From Podarcis filfolensis (lineage: Eukaryota), in NCBI GenBank assembly GCA_964270895.1, contig OZ185435.1: 64,000 nt of DNA; one strand, given 5' to 3'. Position 1 is the first letter of the stretch, and every line of letters starts with the position of its first letter. Of the stretch, positions 61,780-64,000 are shown one piece after another. The notes under the pieces were generated by a model. The model worked only from the letters and a program-made list of their open reading frames with translations. It ran no database searches and was not told the origin of the DNA. The position numbers were made by a program, and so were the translations under genes.

Positions 61780-62160
61780 CAGATGGCTATATGTGTGTGT
61801 GTGGCGATCTATTCACCACATTAAATAAGCTGGTATTTACTTTTAAAGCCCTACACAGCTTAAGATCCCCAAACCTGAAGGAGCACCAATTCTCACTGCA
61901 ACCTGTGTGTGATTCAGGATCTTTTTTGGTACTGGCATGCCCTCTACGGAGTACTCCTGTTATAGAGACTTAGCCTGGTGCCTACATGGATGGCACCAGG
62001 CTGAAATATTATTGTTCAGCCTGGCATTTAATCTTGTGCATGTTTTAAGAATGTAGCCTCTCTCTACTCTGGTTTTATTGTTGCATTTTATGTCTATCTT
62101 GATGGTGCAATGCCCTGAAATTTTTATGAGTGGAGAATGGTATGAAAAGTTTTAAATAAA
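61780..62160 (+). mobile_element. Degraded L2 LINE 3' region
   Basis: TTTAAAGCCCTACACAGCTT...ACCTGAAGGAGC...CTGGTGCCT...GGTGGCACC-like blocks followed by a T-rich tail. Confidence 0.5.
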
Positions 62161-64000
62161 TATAGCAGCTATACAGAAGAATGGTCTGGTCATGGCAGAA
62201 GTGGGAAAAAGCTGCACCTGCTAGAACTGCAGCTCCTACGCATCTGCTAAAGTTATATGAGCCCTATCTTCCTTTACTTCAACTAGGGTAAGCAGATGAA
62301 AGCATTAAGTAGGCTCACTGAAGTTAGCACTGCTGAATAGACACTGACAAACACAAGCATATTAACACAAAAATGCAAACGTTGTTAGAATGCATGCAGA
62401 TTTTACATTGCCACCACCACAGTTAATTCAATTTAAACCCCAATTCAACAAAAACACTTCTGTGCAATCATTGGTATTCCAAAAACAGCATTAATTTGAA
62501 TGGAAACCAAATTATTTGCCTGAAGATTTTCTATGGCATGAGTCACAGAATGTAGACTTGGTCCATTTGATAAAGTTCTAGAGGGAGCAAGAAGGACCTG
62601 GGGTGGATTAGGCACTCTTCCATATTATCCAAACACTGTATGTGACAAATCACACAACCAGAATGAAAACTAAGAAAAACCTTACAAATAAAAATGACAG
62701 TGTATTAGTAGCCCCGACAAATGCTGGCTGAATGGCATCAGCAGGGATCTGGAACAGCATAAGAACATGAAAAAAGTGGCTGACTCCTCACCATATTTGG
62801 AAAAAACCCACAAACAACTTTCTGATTGCCTAAGCCCCACTGAATTCAGCAGTTCATTAGAGACCAAGATGGACTGAGACTTAAGAGCCTGATCAAAATA
62901 GTTGTTGGAAGTTAGTGATAGAAGAGCCCAGTAGACACCCACAATATTAGGAGGGTGATCCACAACAACTGATCACACCGCAGCTAGTGCCTAGGGGGCC
63001 ACGGTTGGAAAAAGGTTGGGAGACACTGGTCTAGGGATCTGCAAAGGGTGAATTGACAATGCTCACTGTGCAACAACTCAGGCCATCACTAAGGCTAGCA
63101 GTGTGAGTACCCTGTTTGTAATTCTGCTGGAAGTCACAGATCAGACTGCCTTATCCCAGATCCAGGTGGTTTGGGGTGGGCCTTTTTGTCACATGCTGTT
63201 ATGTTCGTTAAGGGTTGCAAGCTTATCATAGTTGCCTTGAGCATTTCACCCCCAAGAGTTTCACGAACCTACATTGCAGATCTCACAATGAATTTGCTAC
63301 ACGAACATTTTGCAGCCTTTGTCCATGAGAAGGTTGCTTGGCATAAAGCTGATATGTCAACCCCATGAAACAATGGTGTAGTGGTGGGCGAGAAGGTAAA
63401 GCTGGCATTTCACAATTAATTCCATGCCCCACTTCTTCATGGAAATGTTCAAAAAAATGTGTCACTGCAAGCAAAATGTACATACATCACTGTTGGGCCA
63501 CTTACAAAACTCCTGCTTCACTTCCACAAACATTCCTGGCACTTTTATACTAAAAAATTGCACTGAGATTTCTTCAGATCATGTTTATGGAGGGCAGGAA
63601 TTTTGTGCCAACTGCATGACTTGCGTGTCTTCCACTGTCTCCAGTAAGTCATGCCTATTAAGAGGAAAAGCATTGAAACTGGGTTTGAGGGAGTGGAATT
63701 CAATCCCATGGTGGACAAAAAATTCCTTGGATACTCCTTGCCAAATCAGTCTGTCTCTTTTTCAGCTAGAAAATGACAACCAGTGATGTGATTCTCACGA
63801 TGACTTTGAGGACTAGCGGGCATAAGTGGGATTTATGACTGTTATGTAAACCTCTTAGAAATTTTCTTTTTTGCTCAGAGTGGTGTGTCCCCCACCCCAC
63901 TAGGCATCACAGTTCCCAACTAAATGATTCTTTATTACAACTGGATTTTCCTATAACCCTTTTTTTTGGGGGGGGGGTTAAATAATTAGCCAGAAGAGCT

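Noticed and set aside
63171-63786. Cluster of overlapping ORFs at the window end
   Set aside because: No recognisable motifs or splice-consistent KALRN peptide.
1-64000. tRNA, rRNA, CRISPR, viral or prokaryotic operon-like features
   Set aside because: None seen; the tRNA-like A/B boxes belong to SINE heads.

Overview
Vertebrate genomic DNA, most likely a squamate (lacertid-like) lizard judging by its repeat families; the species is an inference. The window holds three intron-containing genes in the same relative arrangement as the human KALRN-UMPS-ITGB5 block. (1) ITGB5, + strand: last five coding exons at 17794-27358. Positions 1-17793 are part of one long intron whose upstream exon is not visible. 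(2) UMPS, - strand: complete 6-exon gene at 39499-33126, 476 aa, with a CpG-island promoter. (3) KALRN, - strand: last ten coding exons at 59147-45349 (acidic linker, Ig, FN3, kinase), 547 aa in one continuous frame. All 21 exons were placed by hand on GT/AG boundaries and their phases chain correctly. The rest is intron, UTR and transposon debris (L1, L2, CR1-type tails, tRNA-derived SINEs, Tc1/mariner-type and hAT-type MITEs). Most ORFs in the supplied track are spurious. I found no convincing wholly new multi-gene system. The strongest unusual signal is a 5'-inverted (twin-primed) L1 insertion in UMPS intron 1, with target-site duplication and junction microhomologies. Next are an unexplained 83-bp direct repeat 1450 bp apart, a palindromic MITE family carrying the ACTACAnnTCCCA (ZNF143/THAP11-type) promoter motif, and several splice-related oddities in KALRN.
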